NCBI GenBank assembly: GCA_050748185.1 | Contig: JBOGOY010000001.1 | Span: forward strand, 1-24,201 | Direction of reading: 5' to 3' | DNA: 24,201 nt | Origin: Pyrinomonadaceae bacterium | GTDB taxonomy: Bacteria > Acidobacteriota > Blastocatellia > Pyrinomonadales > Pyrinomonadaceae | Translations under genes and position numbers: made by a program | In this document: positions 8,173 through 17,669 of the stretch, one piece after another | Position numbering within the stretch: position 1 is the stretch's first letter | How the letters are laid out: each line of letters opens with the position of its first letter | Notes under the pieces: generated by a model | The model's input: only the letters and a program-made list of their open reading frames with translations | Told to the model about the DNA's origin: nothing | Databases searched by the model: none

Positions 8173-8817
8173 TCAAACTCCGTGGACATCTGGTCCCCAG
8201 ATGTATTTATGAAGCTGCAACTGCATCCGCACATTCAGGCCGCTCGCGGCGATCCAGTCAGCCAAAGCTCGCAGATCGGTCTGGCCCCAGACGGGCGAGA
8301 TGAGCAGGGCGCGGGCGCGGCGCTCCAAGTCGTAGCGCTCGATCACTTCGCGGGCGTAGTTCCAGTCGGCCTGATCTGCGACGACGAATTTGACTTCGTC
8401 TTTGTCGGCCCTCAGTCGTTCGAGGTTGGACCAGTGATTGCGCTCCGCCTCGCCCGAAGCGGGACACTTCACGTCGAGGATGACCGAGGCGCGCTCGTCA
8501 ACTCCCGCGGTCGAGACGAACCCTCCCGTCTCGACGAGCACCTCGTAGCCTTCGTCGCAGAGGCGCGCGATCAACTCAAAACCTTCGCGCTGCGCGAGCG
8601 GTTCGCCGCCCGTCACTTCCACCAGTTTGCAGCCAAAGGCGCGCACCTGCGCGAGCACGTCTTCCAACTCCATCCGCTCGCCGCCCGTGAAGGTGTATTC
8701 GCTGTCGCACCACACGCAACGCATCGGGCAGCCCGTCAGCCGCACGAACGCGCACGGCCGGCCGGCGTGCGTCGATTCGCCCTGAATCGAGCGGAAAATT
8801 TCGGTGACGCGAAGCAT
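8173..8817 (-). CDS. queE: 7-carboxy-7-deazaguanine synthase QueE (radical SAM)
   Basis: EIFRSIQGE, FVRLTGCPMRCVWCDS (CxxxCxxC), VTGGEPL and QLQLHKYIW. Directly upstream of queC. Confidence 0.93.
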   Translation of the reverse strand: MLRVTEIFRSIQGESTHAGRPCAFVRLTGCPMRCVWCDSEYTFTGGERMELEDVLAQVRAFGCKLVEVTGGEPLAQREGFELIARLCDEGYEVLVETGGFVSTAGVDERASVILDVKCPASGEAERNHWSNLERLRADKDEVKFVVADQADWNYAREVIERYDLERRARALLISPVWGQTDLRALADWIAASGLNVRMQLQLHKYIWGPDVHGV

Positions 8818-8823
8818 AGCGAA

Positions 8824-8982
8824 AGGGATGAGGGATGAGGGATGAGGGATGTGTAGCGCTCCCCGATCGCCTGAGCCTTCATCTGCCGTTGAATCTATCC
8901 CACGTCCACAGGGCTGTCAAAGCGCTCTCTAAATAGGCGGCCGGCGCGCTTTTTCATCCCTCATCCCTCATCCTTCATCCCT
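8824..8982. repeat. 28-bp inverted heptamer arms (AGGGATG)x4 ... (CATCCCT)x4 enclosing 103 bp of the divergent queE/ECF intergenic region
   Basis: Arms at 8824-8851 and 8955-8982, with a single mismatch (one CATCCTT unit). Confidence 0.92.
8892..8920 (-). promoter_or_regulatory. Sigma-70 promoter for queE-queC
   Basis: Minus strand TTGACA (8920-8915), 17-nt spacer, TAGATT (8897-8892), about 75 bp upstream of the queE ATG. Confidence 0.7.
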
Positions 8983-9027
8983 GTGTTAGCATACGCGCCG
9001 GGGCAAACGGGCATCGAAGCGAATAGG

Positions 9028-9990
9028 ATGAGCCGAGAGGCGGCAAAACTGGAGAAGTTGTTGCGGGCGGGCGTCGCGCGCCTCGTCGCGCGCGCGGGCG
9101 AGGCCCACGGCGCGGGCGTGGAGACGCTGCTGCCGCGCGTCCGCGCGACGGTCGAGAAATATCTGCTACGCGACCGGCCCGACGCGAACGATTCGCAGGT
9201 CGATCATTTCCTCGATGCTTTGCGTGCCGACGACTTGTGCCTCGCCGCGGCCTGCGAGCGCGGCGACGACGCGGCATGGCACGCTTTGATGGGGCAGTTT
9301 CGGGCGACGGTGATGTCGGCGGCGCGCGGGGCGTGTGGCAGCGAGGACGCGGCGGAAGAGTTGGCCCAGTCGGTCTGGGCCGAACTCTACGGGTTGCGCG
9401 CGCGGGCGGACGGCGCGGCGGGCGCGGCCGGGAAACTGGCATACTACTCCGGCTGCGGCTCGCTCGGCGGGTGGCTGCGCGCCGTGGTCGGTCAACTCGC
9501 GGTTGATCGACACCGCAAGACCGCGCGGCTGGTTCAGACCGAAGAAGATGCTGATTTCGACCGGCTGACCCTCGCTCACAAGGACGAGCCGGGAGATCAT
9601 TTCGGCGTCGCCGCGCCGCCCGATCCCGAGCGCGCTCTGATGCAGAACGAGGCGGTCGCGCACCTGCGCGCGGCGTTGGCCGAAGCGCTCGGTGATCTCG
9701 AAGCGGAAGACAAGCTGCTCGTCAAGCTCTATTACTTCGACGGCCTGCGTCTGCGCGAGGCGGGTGCGGTCCTCGGCGTCCACGAGGCGACCGCGAGCCG
9801 GCGTCTGACGCGCCTGCACGCCGACATCAGAAAGAGCGTCACGGCGAAACTCATCTCCCGCTATGGCTGGACGACGAAGGAGGCGGAGCGATCTCTGGCG
9901 GAGGCCGCGGCCGGGCTCGACGCGGACCTCGGCGCGATGCTCGTCGCCGATAAAGCTCACGCAGAGGCCCGAGAAGAGTTGTTTGAATGA
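9028..9990 (+). CDS. ECF-type sigma-70 family RNA polymerase sigma factor with an N-terminal extension
   Basis: DDLCLAAACERGDDAAW; region 2 AEELAQSVW..GSLGGWLRAVVGQLAVDRHRK; region 4 HTH LYYFDGLRLREAGAVLGVHEATASRRL. Followed by a zinc-finger anti-sigma. The start is uncertain (8983 GTG or 9028 ATG). Confidence 0.9.
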   Translation: MSREAAKLEKLLRAGVARLVARAGEAHGAGVETLLPRVRATVEKYLLRDRPDANDSQVDHFLDALRADDLCLAAACERGDDAAWHALMGQFRATVMSAARGACGSEDAAEELAQSVWAELYGLRARADGAAGAAGKLAYYSGCGSLGGWLRAVVGQLAVDRHRKTARLVQTEEDADFDRLTLAHKDEPGDHFGVAAPPDPERALMQNEAVAHLRAALAEALGDLEAEDKLLVKLYYFDGLRLREAGAVLGVHEATASRRLTRLHADIRKSVTAKLISRYGWTTKEAERSLAEAAAGLDADLGAMLVADKAHAEAREELFE

Positions 9991-10081
9991 AGCCGCCGTG
10001 CGGGGTTACGGGGCCGCAAGAATCGGCAGCTCAGAGCGTTCTCAGGTTGGCCGCGAATGGCATGACGGGTTGAAACATTAA

Positions 10082-11437
10082 ATGAGTTTTGAGTTCGACA
10101 GAGAGGTTGACGCATTGTTACGCCGGCACGCGGGCGGAGGGGCGGAGCGCGTTCGTGATCGCGCCGCGACGACGCCGGCCGCCGGACACCTCGACGCGGA
10201 CGAGTTGAGCGCCTACGCGGAGAACGCGCTGCCCGATGCCGCGCGTGCCCGCTACTTCTCGCACCTCGCGGATTGCGACAAGTGCCGCCGCGCCGTAACC
10301 ACGCTCGCGCTCGTCGCGGGCGTGCCGGGCGAACTCGAAAGGCATGCCCCGGCGACGAAGATCATCGCGTCGCCGGTCACGGCCGTCCCCGTCGCTTCAT
10401 GGCGCGAGCGCTTGTCAACATGGCTCATGCCGGGCGCGACGCAATGGCGCTACGTCCTGCCGCTCGTCGCGCTGCTCGTCGTCAGCGGGGTCGTCATGTG
10501 GTCGGCGCTCAGAAATCAGCGAAAGAACGAGGTCGCACAGAGCACCGCGCAGCGGGTTGAGAAAAATGCGGCGTCACCGCCGGAGACTCACCACGCGCCG
10601 AGCCCTGCCGCCCCGCAGCAAGAACTTGATGGGACCAGTGCCGACGGCGTGGCTGAGTCCCAGCCGAAGAAAAGCGCGCAGCCGGCGGAAGATCTCGCGC
10701 AGAATAAAGAACCTGCCAAGTCGGTCATGACCGACCGCGCAGACCTCGCCGCCGAAGCTCCGCCGCTGGTCACTCCGGCCCCGGGCGCTGGCGTCGCCGC
10801 ATCTTCAGGCGAAGCCCCGCCCCCTCCGGCGGCGACTCCCGCGCCGGTGTCGGAAAATATCACGATTACGAAACAGGCAGAGGCCAAGCCAACCGACACG
10901 CAAGAACGTGCGCGCGCCGAGGAGTCACAGTATCGTGGCCTCGCTAACGTTCAGCGCAACGCGAGGGATTTACAACTCAACGAGACGCAGCAGAACGCCG
11001 CGCAGAATCGCGCCAACGTCGAAATCACGGACGAAAGCGTTGGCCGCCGCGGTCGTGACGATACGGCCGCTTCGGAGTCTGCGAACGCAGGCCGTCAACA
11101 ATCGCGTCCTCCGGGAAGCGCGGCGGCCAAGCGTAGCGCGCGCGCGGCCCCGGCCGAAAAGCGCGACATGGAAAGGGAGAAAAAGGAAAAGTCTTCTAAG
11201 GACTCCGAGCGCGAAGTAGAGGAGACGCGCTCCGTCGCGGGGCGGCGCTTCCGCCGGCAGGGCGGCGTGTGGATTGATACGGCTTACAAGACTTCACAGG
11301 CGACGGTCATCGTCAAGCGCGGCTCCGAACAGTTCCGCGCGCTCGTCGCGGACTCCCCCGCACTCCGCACCGTCGCCGGCGCTTTCGGTGGCGATGTCGT
11401 CGTCGTCTGGCAGGGGCGGGCCTACCGCATCCGCTGA
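10082..11437 (+). CDS. Membrane-anchored anti-sigma factor with a zf-HC2 (ZAS) domain
   Basis: HLDADELSAYAENAL..HLADCDKCRR (HxxxCxxC), one TM helix (YVLPLVALLVVSGVVMWSAL), a long low-complexity linker and a small C-terminal globular domain. Confidence 0.88.
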   Translation: MSFEFDREVDALLRRHAGGGAERVRDRAATTPAAGHLDADELSAYAENALPDAARARYFSHLADCDKCRRAVTTLALVAGVPGELERHAPATKIIASPVTAVPVASWRERLSTWLMPGATQWRYVLPLVALLVVSGVVMWSALRNQRKNEVAQSTAQRVEKNAASPPETHHAPSPAAPQQELDGTSADGVAESQPKKSAQPAEDLAQNKEPAKSVMTDRADLAAEAPPLVTPAPGAGVAASSGEAPPPPAATPAPVSENITITKQAEAKPTDTQERARAEESQYRGLANVQRNARDLQLNETQQNAAQNRANVEITDESVGRRGRDDTAASESANAGRQQSRPPGSAAAKRSARAAPAEKRDMEREKKEKSSKDSEREVEETRSVAGRRFRRQGGVWIDTAYKTSQATVIVKRGSEQFRALVADSPALRTVAGAFGGDVVVVWQGRAYRIR

Positions 11438-11631
11438 GGGCAGACGCTGGACGACGGACCATAGACGATTGCCCGGACGTCATCTCATATTCGTCGGGCA
11501 CGCTGTTGTCGGAAAATGTCCGGCCCGCTCTAAACAATCATCCGACATCTCTGGCTCAGCACCCGCGTTGCCTTTTACCTTTCGCTTTCAGTATTCTCAC
11601 ATCCACTTCACAATTGAGGAGCCTGCCATCG

Positions 11632-13101
11632 ATGTCGAACCAGCATCTTCGTTTTCGTCTGCCGTCTCTCGTGTTGATACTGGTCCTGTTGATTACCAAC
11701 ACCGCGCCTCTGGCTCAGGAGGCGCGCACACAGGGGCGCAGGGCTGAGGGCCTCCGCGGCTCGACGGCGCGGGCTGCCGCAACTCGGAGCAGGGGACCAA
11801 GTGCGGCGCGGCGCGATCCGGAGATCGCGCGGATGCTGGCCGCGATTGACGCGCGCAACATCGAGCGCGCGATCCGCAAGTTAGTTTCCTTCGGGACGCG
11901 CAACACGCTCTCGCCGCAAGACAACCCGACGCGCGGCATCGGCGCGGCGCGCGACTGGCTGCGCGATGAGTTCCAGCAGATCGCGGCCACCTCCGGCGGG
12001 CGCATGACGGTCGAACTGCAATCTTACGTGCAGGAAATGAACCCGCGTGTCCCGCGCATCACGCGCCCGACGCGCATCACTAACGTCGTCGCTACGTTGA
12101 AGGGCGCACAGCCTGAGTCCGCAGGGCGCACCTACGTCGTCAGCGGGCACTACGATTCGATGTGCGGCAATCCGAGCGACGGAGAGTGCGACGCGCCCGG
12201 CGCGAACGACGACGCCTCGGGCACTGCCGCCGTCCTCGAAATGGCGCGCGCGATGGCCCCCTACCGTTTCGACGCGACGATCGTTTTTATGGCTGTGGCC
12301 GGCGAAGAGCAGAGCCTGTTGGGCTCGACCTACTTTGCCGAGCAGGCGAAGCAAAAGGGGACCAACATCGAGGCGATGCTTACGAACGACATCGTCGGCA
12401 ACACGCTGGGCGGCAACGGCGTGCGCGAACGCCGCGCGGTGCGCGTCTTCTCCGAGGGCGTGCCGGCGGCCGAGACGCCCGAAGAGGCGCGCACGCGCAG
12501 CGGGACGGGGGGCGAAAACGACTCGCCCTCACGCCAACTCGCGCGCTTCATTAAAGAGGCCGGCGCGCTCTACCTGCCCGGCTTCGACGTGCGGATGATT
12601 TACCGGCAGGATCGCTACCTGCGCGGCGGCGATCACCGGCCGTTCTTTGAGCGCGGCTTCCCAGCGGTGCGCTTCACCGAGCCGCACGAGAACTACGACC
12701 ACCAGCACCAAAACGTCCGCACCGAAGGCGGCAAAGTTTATGGCGACTTGCCCGAGTTCGTGGACTTCCCCTACGTCGCGCAGGTGGCGCGCGTCAATGC
12801 CGCCACGCTCGCCACGCTCGCGCGCGCCCCGGCTCGCCCCAAAGGCGTCGGCCTCGTCACCCGGCGGCTGACCAACGACACCGATCTCCAGTGGACGGCT
12901 AATGCCGAGCCAGACCTCGCTGGCTACGAGATCGTCTGGCGCGACACGACTTCGCCCGTCTGGACCAATTCGGTCTGGGCCGGCAACGTGACGAGTTACA
13001 CCGTCGAGAGGCTGTCGAAAGACAACTACTTTTTCGGCGTCCGCGCCGTGGACAGAGACGGGCACCGCAGTCCGGTCAGCTTCCCCAAGCCGATGCGTTG
13101 A
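11632..13101 (+). CDS. Exported M28-family metallopeptidase with a C-terminal fibronectin type III-like domain
   Basis: Start at ATG 11632 (GAGGAG RBS) with a signal peptide. Motifs SGHYDS, PGANDDASG, AGEEQSLLGS, NDIVG and GDHRPF. The C-terminus has LQWTAN..GYEIVWR..YFFGVRAVDRDG. Confidence 0.9.
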   Translation: MSNQHLRFRLPSLVLILVLLITNTAPLAQEARTQGRRAEGLRGSTARAAATRSRGPSAARRDPEIARMLAAIDARNIERAIRKLVSFGTRNTLSPQDNPTRGIGAARDWLRDEFQQIAATSGGRMTVELQSYVQEMNPRVPRITRPTRITNVVATLKGAQPESAGRTYVVSGHYDSMCGNPSDGECDAPGANDDASGTAAVLEMARAMAPYRFDATIVFMAVAGEEQSLLGSTYFAEQAKQKGTNIEAMLTNDIVGNTLGGNGVRERRAVRVFSEGVPAAETPEEARTRSGTGGENDSPSRQLARFIKEAGALYLPGFDVRMIYRQDRYLRGGDHRPFFERGFPAVRFTEPHENYDHQHQNVRTEGGKVYGDLPEFVDFPYVAQVARVNAATLATLARAPARPKGVGLVTRRLTNDTDLQWTANAEPDLAGYEIVWRDTTSPVWTNSVWAGNVTSYTVERLSKDNYFFGVRAVDRDGHRSPVSFPKPMR

Positions 13102-13282
13102 AGGGGACACTCGCGCGCGGTGAGAGAGCTATCCGCCGCGCAAACGCGATCCGTATCTTGATGTGTTCTGTCTATAGTCGGCTTTCGCGCGGCCACGAAC
13201 CACGGGTGGCAAGGCGATTGCTTGATGTCTTAGCAGACCCCGGAGAAGTGTCTCATTTACGAGCAAGAGTGGAGGGCCGCCG

Positions 13283-14260
13283 ATGGACGAGAGAGGGCGT
13301 GGAGAGGACTTAGAGCCTTCAACCCGGTCGGACTATGAGGTTTCCGCGGGAGCGCCGACGCTGCCCGCTTTCGACGCGGACGCAGTACACAACGCGCGCC
13401 CGGCCGTGCCGCTTCAGTCACCGCCGCAGGGGCCGCGGCAGTCCTTGAGCCGGAGTGCCGGGCCGGTATCGGCCGTGCTGTTGCTGCTCTGCGCCGGCAT
13501 CGCGGGCGGCCTGCTCGCGCTCGGAGCTTTCATGTTTTACCAGCGCCGGCCTGCGGCAGCCGATCAGTCTCGGCGCAACGTGAACGCGCCACCGTCTTCG
13601 ACGGCGACGACGACGCAGGGCAAGGCGGTGAACACTGCAACCGCTCCCGCCGCGACGGAACAAAGGCAAGCGGGCAACACCAACGCCGTGCGACAAACTC
13701 CGGCTCAGCCGAACACGGAGCAGCCGGCGCGCCAACCTGAAGCAACTCCGTCGGCCTCGCGGCCGGAGGGCGAGCGAATCTCACAGCCCGCCAATAGCGC
13801 GGCCGAGGGCGAACGGCAGGCCGCCGCGGACGGGCGCGACGAGTCTGAGGGCGACGATAATTTCAACGCGGACGATGTGGTGGCCGAGAGCGGACGCCTG
13901 CGCGGCGCGTTTGCGTCGTGGCTCGCGGCGACCAACTCGCGCGACATCAAAGGGCAGATGCAGTTGTACGGCCGGCAAGTCAACGCTTACTACCGTGCGC
14001 GCAACGTCTCGCGCGCAGACGTGCGCGCCGAAAAGTCGCGCGTCTTCGGAAGCGCCGAAGTGATTGACGTGCGCGCCGGCGAGCCGGAGATCACCATCAA
14101 CCCGAACGGGCGCACCGCCACGATGCGCTTCCGCAAAGAGTATGTCATCGCCGGCGGCGGTCAGGATCGGCGCGGCGCGGTCATGCAGGAACTCAAGTGG
14201 CGGCGCACGAAAGACGGCTGGAAGATCGTCGGCGAGCGCGACCTGCGTGTGATTCGTTAA
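13283..14260 (+). CDS. Single-pass membrane protein with a low-complexity linker and a C-terminal NTF2/SnoaL-like domain
   Basis: TM segment AVLLLLCAGIAGGLLALGAFMFY. The C-terminal WLAATNSRDIKGQMQLY..ELKWRRTKDGWKIVGE pattern is typical of NTF2-like folds. GGAGGG RBS. Confidence 0.75.
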   Translation: MDERGRGEDLEPSTRSDYEVSAGAPTLPAFDADAVHNARPAVPLQSPPQGPRQSLSRSAGPVSAVLLLLCAGIAGGLLALGAFMFYQRRPAAADQSRRNVNAPPSSTATTTQGKAVNTATAPAATEQRQAGNTNAVRQTPAQPNTEQPARQPEATPSASRPEGERISQPANSAAEGERQAAADGRDESEGDDNFNADDVVAESGRLRGAFASWLAATNSRDIKGQMQLYGRQVNAYYRARNVSRADVRAEKSRVFGSAEVIDVRAGEPEITINPNGRTATMRFRKEYVIAGGGQDRRGAVMQELKWRRTKDGWKIVGERDLRVIR

Positions 14261-14323
14261 AATCGCTTCGCGGCGTCGCGCGCAAAGCGGGCGCTCCTCG
14301 CGTTTCCCCACCCGCCTGTCGGA

Positions 14324-16567
14324 TTACGCCGAGTGTAGAAGCAACGGGCTTCTCTCCACGATCGCCGGATTCGGCACCGTGAAATAAGTGGGAGCCTGTC
14401 CTTGTGTCCGCCGCGTCAACAGCGTCGCGGCCGCTTCTCCCGGCACGGGCTTGGAGAACAAATACCCTTGCCCGTAGTCGCAATTCATCGCCCTCAACCG
14501 GGCCATTTGTTCCAGCGTCTCGACGCCTTCCGCGACGACCTGCATCCCTAAATTAGTGGCGAGCGTCAGGATCGTGCGGGCGATCTCGGAGTGCTCCTCG
14601 TTCTCAGTCATGCGGCTGACAAACGAGCGGTCGATCTTCATCGTGTCCACCGGGAAGCGGTGCAGATAGCTCAAACTGGAGTAGCCGGTGCCGAAGTCGT
14701 CGATGCTTAATCTCACGCCCACCGCTCGCAACTGGTTGAGCATCGCGGTGGCCGCTTCGGCGTCCTTCATCACTACGCTCTCCGTGATCTCCAGCCGCAG
14801 GTGCTGTGGCTGCAAGTTGGTCTCCCGCAGAATCTGCTTGATCTGTTCGACCAGATCGGACTGTGCGAACTGCTTGCCGGACAAATTGACGCTCAACGTC
14901 AGCGAGCGGTTAAGCGGCGACTGCCACTGCCACTGGTGAACTTGCTGGCATGCCTCGCGCAGCACCCACATCCCGATCGGAATGATCATCCCGGTTTCCT
15001 CGACGAGCGGGATGAATTCCGACGGGTTGATCAGCCCGCGTTCCGGGTGCTGCCAGCGCACCAGCGCCTCGAAGCCTGAGACGTGACCGGTGTCGAGCGC
15101 GACGATCGGCTGGTAGTAAACGCAAAACTCCTCGCGCTCGATGGCGCGTCGCAAATCCGTCTCCAGCTTGAGCAAGTTGACGGCGTGGGCGTGCATTACT
15201 TTGTCGAAGAGTTGGTAGCAGGCTTTGCCGTCCTGCTTGGCGTGATACATCGCCGTGTCGGCGTCGCGCAGCAGATCGTCCGGGCGCTCGTAGCCGAGCG
15301 AACTGAGGGTGATGCCGATGCTGGCGGAGGTGAAGACCTCGTAGCCGTTGAGGTTGAATGGCCGCGTCAGCGTCTCGAGCACGCGCTCGGCTAATTGCAG
15401 GGCCTCGCCGGCGTCGAGCACGCCGTCGAGGAGGATCGCAAACTCGTCTCCGCCGAGGCGCGCCACCGTGTCCACGTCGCGCACGCAATGTTCCAGCCGC
15501 CGGGCCATGGCGACGAGCAGCCCGTCGCCGACGGTGTGGCCTAAACTGTCGTTGATATTCTTGAAGCGGTCGAGGTCGAGGAAGAGGACCGCGAACTGCG
15601 ACTCTGGATGAAGTTTCGTTCGTTCGATGACGAAACGCAGATTTTCGGTCAAGAGGTCGCGGTTTGCCAGCCCCGTCAGCGAGTCGTGGAAGGCGGCGTG
15701 GCGGAAATGCTCTTTGCTGTCCTGTAAGGCTTGGCCGGTGCGTTCCAGTTCGGCGATGTAGTGACTCAACTCGCCGACATGGCGCTCGGCCTGCTCGGCG
15801 CGCTCGCGCTCGGCCTCGGCGCGGGCACGTTCGGCCGATTCCGCCTGCGCCGCCGAGGACTTCACGTCCTCGATATATCGCTGGTAGGTGAAGTAGATGA
15901 TCGCGATGACGCCGGTCGTAATCAGGATCGCGGAGAGATCGAGTTGGCCGACCGCCCTGACGATGACGCCGGCCGCCGCGGCCCCGAGAAAGTAAGTGAC
16001 GGAGATCCACAGGTAATGACGCTTCCACGTCTGCCACAGCGGCTCGCCGTTCTTGCAGGCTGTGAAGAGGGCGGCGAAGCCGGTGCTGGCGACGTACTGG
16101 ACCAGTGCCATCACACCGAGCGCGGAGCAGTAGGCGGAGGAAAGTGGCTGTTCCGTTAGCTCCTGAATCGAGCCGAAGCCGAGACGCAGAACCCAGACGG
16201 TGAGGAAAGTTGAGCCGGCCATCACGGCGGCGTTGAACAACATCGTCCGCGTCCGGATCGTGATCTCCTTTTTGCCGAAGTAGAGACAGGAGTAGAACGC
16301 TTCGGCCGCCGCCAGCAGCACGGCGGCCTCGCCGCTGTAGAGCAGGAGCGTCAAAAAGATGAAGGTGTCGGGGACTGAGGCGTGGACTTTGGCGTGCGGG
16401 ATTTGCACCGTGAGCCGAGAGCCGAAGGCGATCGTGATCAGCGCGAGCATCAGGAAGCGCGCGTCGAGTTGTGCGAGGGGGAAGTGGGCGGCTGAGTAGA
16501 GCGTCGCCCCGGCGCCCAGCGCCAACGCCCCCCACGTCACCAGCCCGATATATCTTTGTTTGCCCAT
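14324..16567 (-). CDS. Membrane-bound diguanylate cyclase/phosphodiesterase (multi-TM sensor - coiled coil - GGDEF - EAL)
   Basis: About 7-8 hydrophobic segments, then HDSLTGLANR, DLDRFKNINDSLGH, I-site RDVD five residues before GGDEF, FEALVRW, EITES, DDFGTGYSSL and AEGVE. Start set at ATG 16567 to avoid overlap with the GNAT gene. Confidence 0.93.
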   Translation of the reverse strand: MGKQRYIGLVTWGALALGAGATLYSAAHFPLAQLDARFLMLALITIAFGSRLTVQIPHAKVHASVPDTFIFLTLLLYSGEAAVLLAAAEAFYSCLYFGKKEITIRTRTMLFNAAVMAGSTFLTVWVLRLGFGSIQELTEQPLSSAYCSALGVMALVQYVASTGFAALFTACKNGEPLWQTWKRHYLWISVTYFLGAAAAGVIVRAVGQLDLSAILITTGVIAIIYFTYQRYIEDVKSSAAQAESAERARAEAERERAEQAERHVGELSHYIAELERTGQALQDSKEHFRHAAFHDSLTGLANRDLLTENLRFVIERTKLHPESQFAVLFLDLDRFKNINDSLGHTVGDGLLVAMARRLEHCVRDVDTVARLGGDEFAILLDGVLDAGEALQLAERVLETLTRPFNLNGYEVFTSASIGITLSSLGYERPDDLLRDADTAMYHAKQDGKACYQLFDKVMHAHAVNLLKLETDLRRAIEREEFCVYYQPIVALDTGHVSGFEALVRWQHPERGLINPSEFIPLVEETGMIIPIGMWVLREACQQVHQWQWQSPLNRSLTLSVNLSGKQFAQSDLVEQIKQILRETNLQPQHLRLEITESVVMKDAEAATAMLNQLRAVGVRLSIDDFGTGYSSLSYLHRFPVDTMKIDRSFVSRMTENEEHSEIARTILTLATNLGMQVVAEGVETLEQMARLRAMNCDYGQGYLFSKPVPGEAAATLLTRRTQGQAPTYFTVPNPAIVERSPLLLHSA

Positions 16568-16643
16568 AACCTGTCCACCCCCGCTCACGCCGGCGTCCGG
16601 CGTGACATTCCCTCTTCTCACCTTCGGTTTGATTCGGCTAATT

Positions 16644-17552
16644 TCAACTTTGCAGGAAGATCGTGTCGTAACAACTCCGCAATTCATAACGGGCTTTGCG
16701 GTAGAGGCTCTGCGCGGCGTGATTGTGTTCGTTGACGAGCAGGCAGATCGACCTCGTGCGCGTCAGCAGGTTAAGACCTAGTTGCGAGAGGCAGCGCAGG
16801 GCATACCCTTGCCCGCGATTCTCAGGTCGGACGTAGACGCCTTCGAGGTAGATCACTTCCGGCGTGTCGGAGACGACATCGGCTTTGAACATCAGCCGCT
16901 CCTGCTCGACCCACACCCAGACGCGGCCCTGTTCGATGCGCCGGGCGCACCGCCGGCGGAAGCCAACCGGATCGGTCTCCAAAGGGTTGACGCCGCTATC
17001 CTCGAAAGCGAGTTGCGCGTGGACCGGGATGATCAGCGGGAGGTCCGCAAAAGTCGCCTCGCGCAGACCGAGGACGGGGTCCGACAAGGCGATCGGCCCG
17101 CACTGCTCGAACAACAGTTCGCGGCAGATGAGGCGCGGCGCTTGCCCGGCCTCGGCGTAGTGGCTGAAGAATTTAGCGATCTTCTCCTGTTCGCCCATCA
17201 GGACGCGCGCGTTCGGGCAGTGTTGCGCGTAGCGGGCGAGGGCCGTCAGGGCCGGCTCGGCGTGCGCCTCGATCATCGTCAAGTGCCCGACGAGGGCGAG
17301 GCCGACGAGCGCGCCCTCCTGCTGCCGGTCGCGGCAGGCGTAGAACGTGCCACGGTTGGCGGCGCTGACTAACCCGTTGTCGCGGATAAAGCCGCGCATG
17401 ACGACGGTGTGGATCGGGCGGGTGGCGAGGAATTTGAGAGCCTCGTCTTCCTGCCCGGCGACGCAGGGGGCGATCTCTAAATCGCCGTCCGTCGCCGCCG
17501 CGGTGAGCGAGGCGGGAGAAATAAGTTCATGGCTTGAGGTTGGTGTCGCCAT
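16644..17552 (-). CDS. GNAT-family acyltransferase with an N-terminal accessory domain (DUF4081-like architecture)
   Basis: Acyl-CoA motif A GVYVRPENRGQGYA and motif B LLVNEHNHAAQSLYRK. AAGGAG RBS at 17561-17566. Confidence 0.88.
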   Translation of the reverse strand: MATPTSSHELISPASLTAAATDGDLEIAPCVAGQEDEALKFLATRPIHTVVMRGFIRDNGLVSAANRGTFYACRDRQQEGALVGLALVGHLTMIEAHAEPALTALARYAQHCPNARVLMGEQEKIAKFFSHYAEAGQAPRLICRELLFEQCGPIALSDPVLGLREATFADLPLIIPVHAQLAFEDSGVNPLETDPVGFRRRCARRIEQGRVWVWVEQERLMFKADVVSDTPEVIYLEGVYVRPENRGQGYALRCLSQLGLNLLTRTRSICLLVNEHNHAAQSLYRKARYELRSCYDTIFLQS

Positions 17553-17610
17553 AGCGTTTGCTCCTTGTGGTTCCTGAAACCGGGAGAGTCGGACCGGATC
17601 GGCGTGAGGT

Positions 17611-17656
17611 GGGCGGCGGCGGCGGAGAAGACTGTTGACAACTCGCGCCGCCGCCC
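17611..17656 (-). other. GC-rich intergenic stem-loop without a U-tract, between the subtilase and GNAT genes
   Basis: GGGCGGCGGCG (17611-17621) and CGCCGCCGCCC (17646-17656) form a perfect 11-bp inverted repeat starting 13 bp after the subtilase stop. Confidence 0.65.
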
Positions 17657-17669
17657 CGTGATGCGTTGC

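Noticed and set aside
7303..8817. queC/queE as an anti-phage or DNA-modification (Qat, Dpd) system
   Set aside because: Both look like canonical housekeeping enzymes, and no dpdA, qat or CBASS-like neighbours are present.
8818..8890. preQ1 riboswitch upstream of queE
   Set aside because: The leader consists largely of CATCCCT repeats. I see no preQ1-I stem-loop with an A-rich tail.
14264..14290. Terminator between the convergent genes ending at 14260 and 14324
   Set aside because: Only an imperfect GC hairpin with no clear U-tract on either strand.
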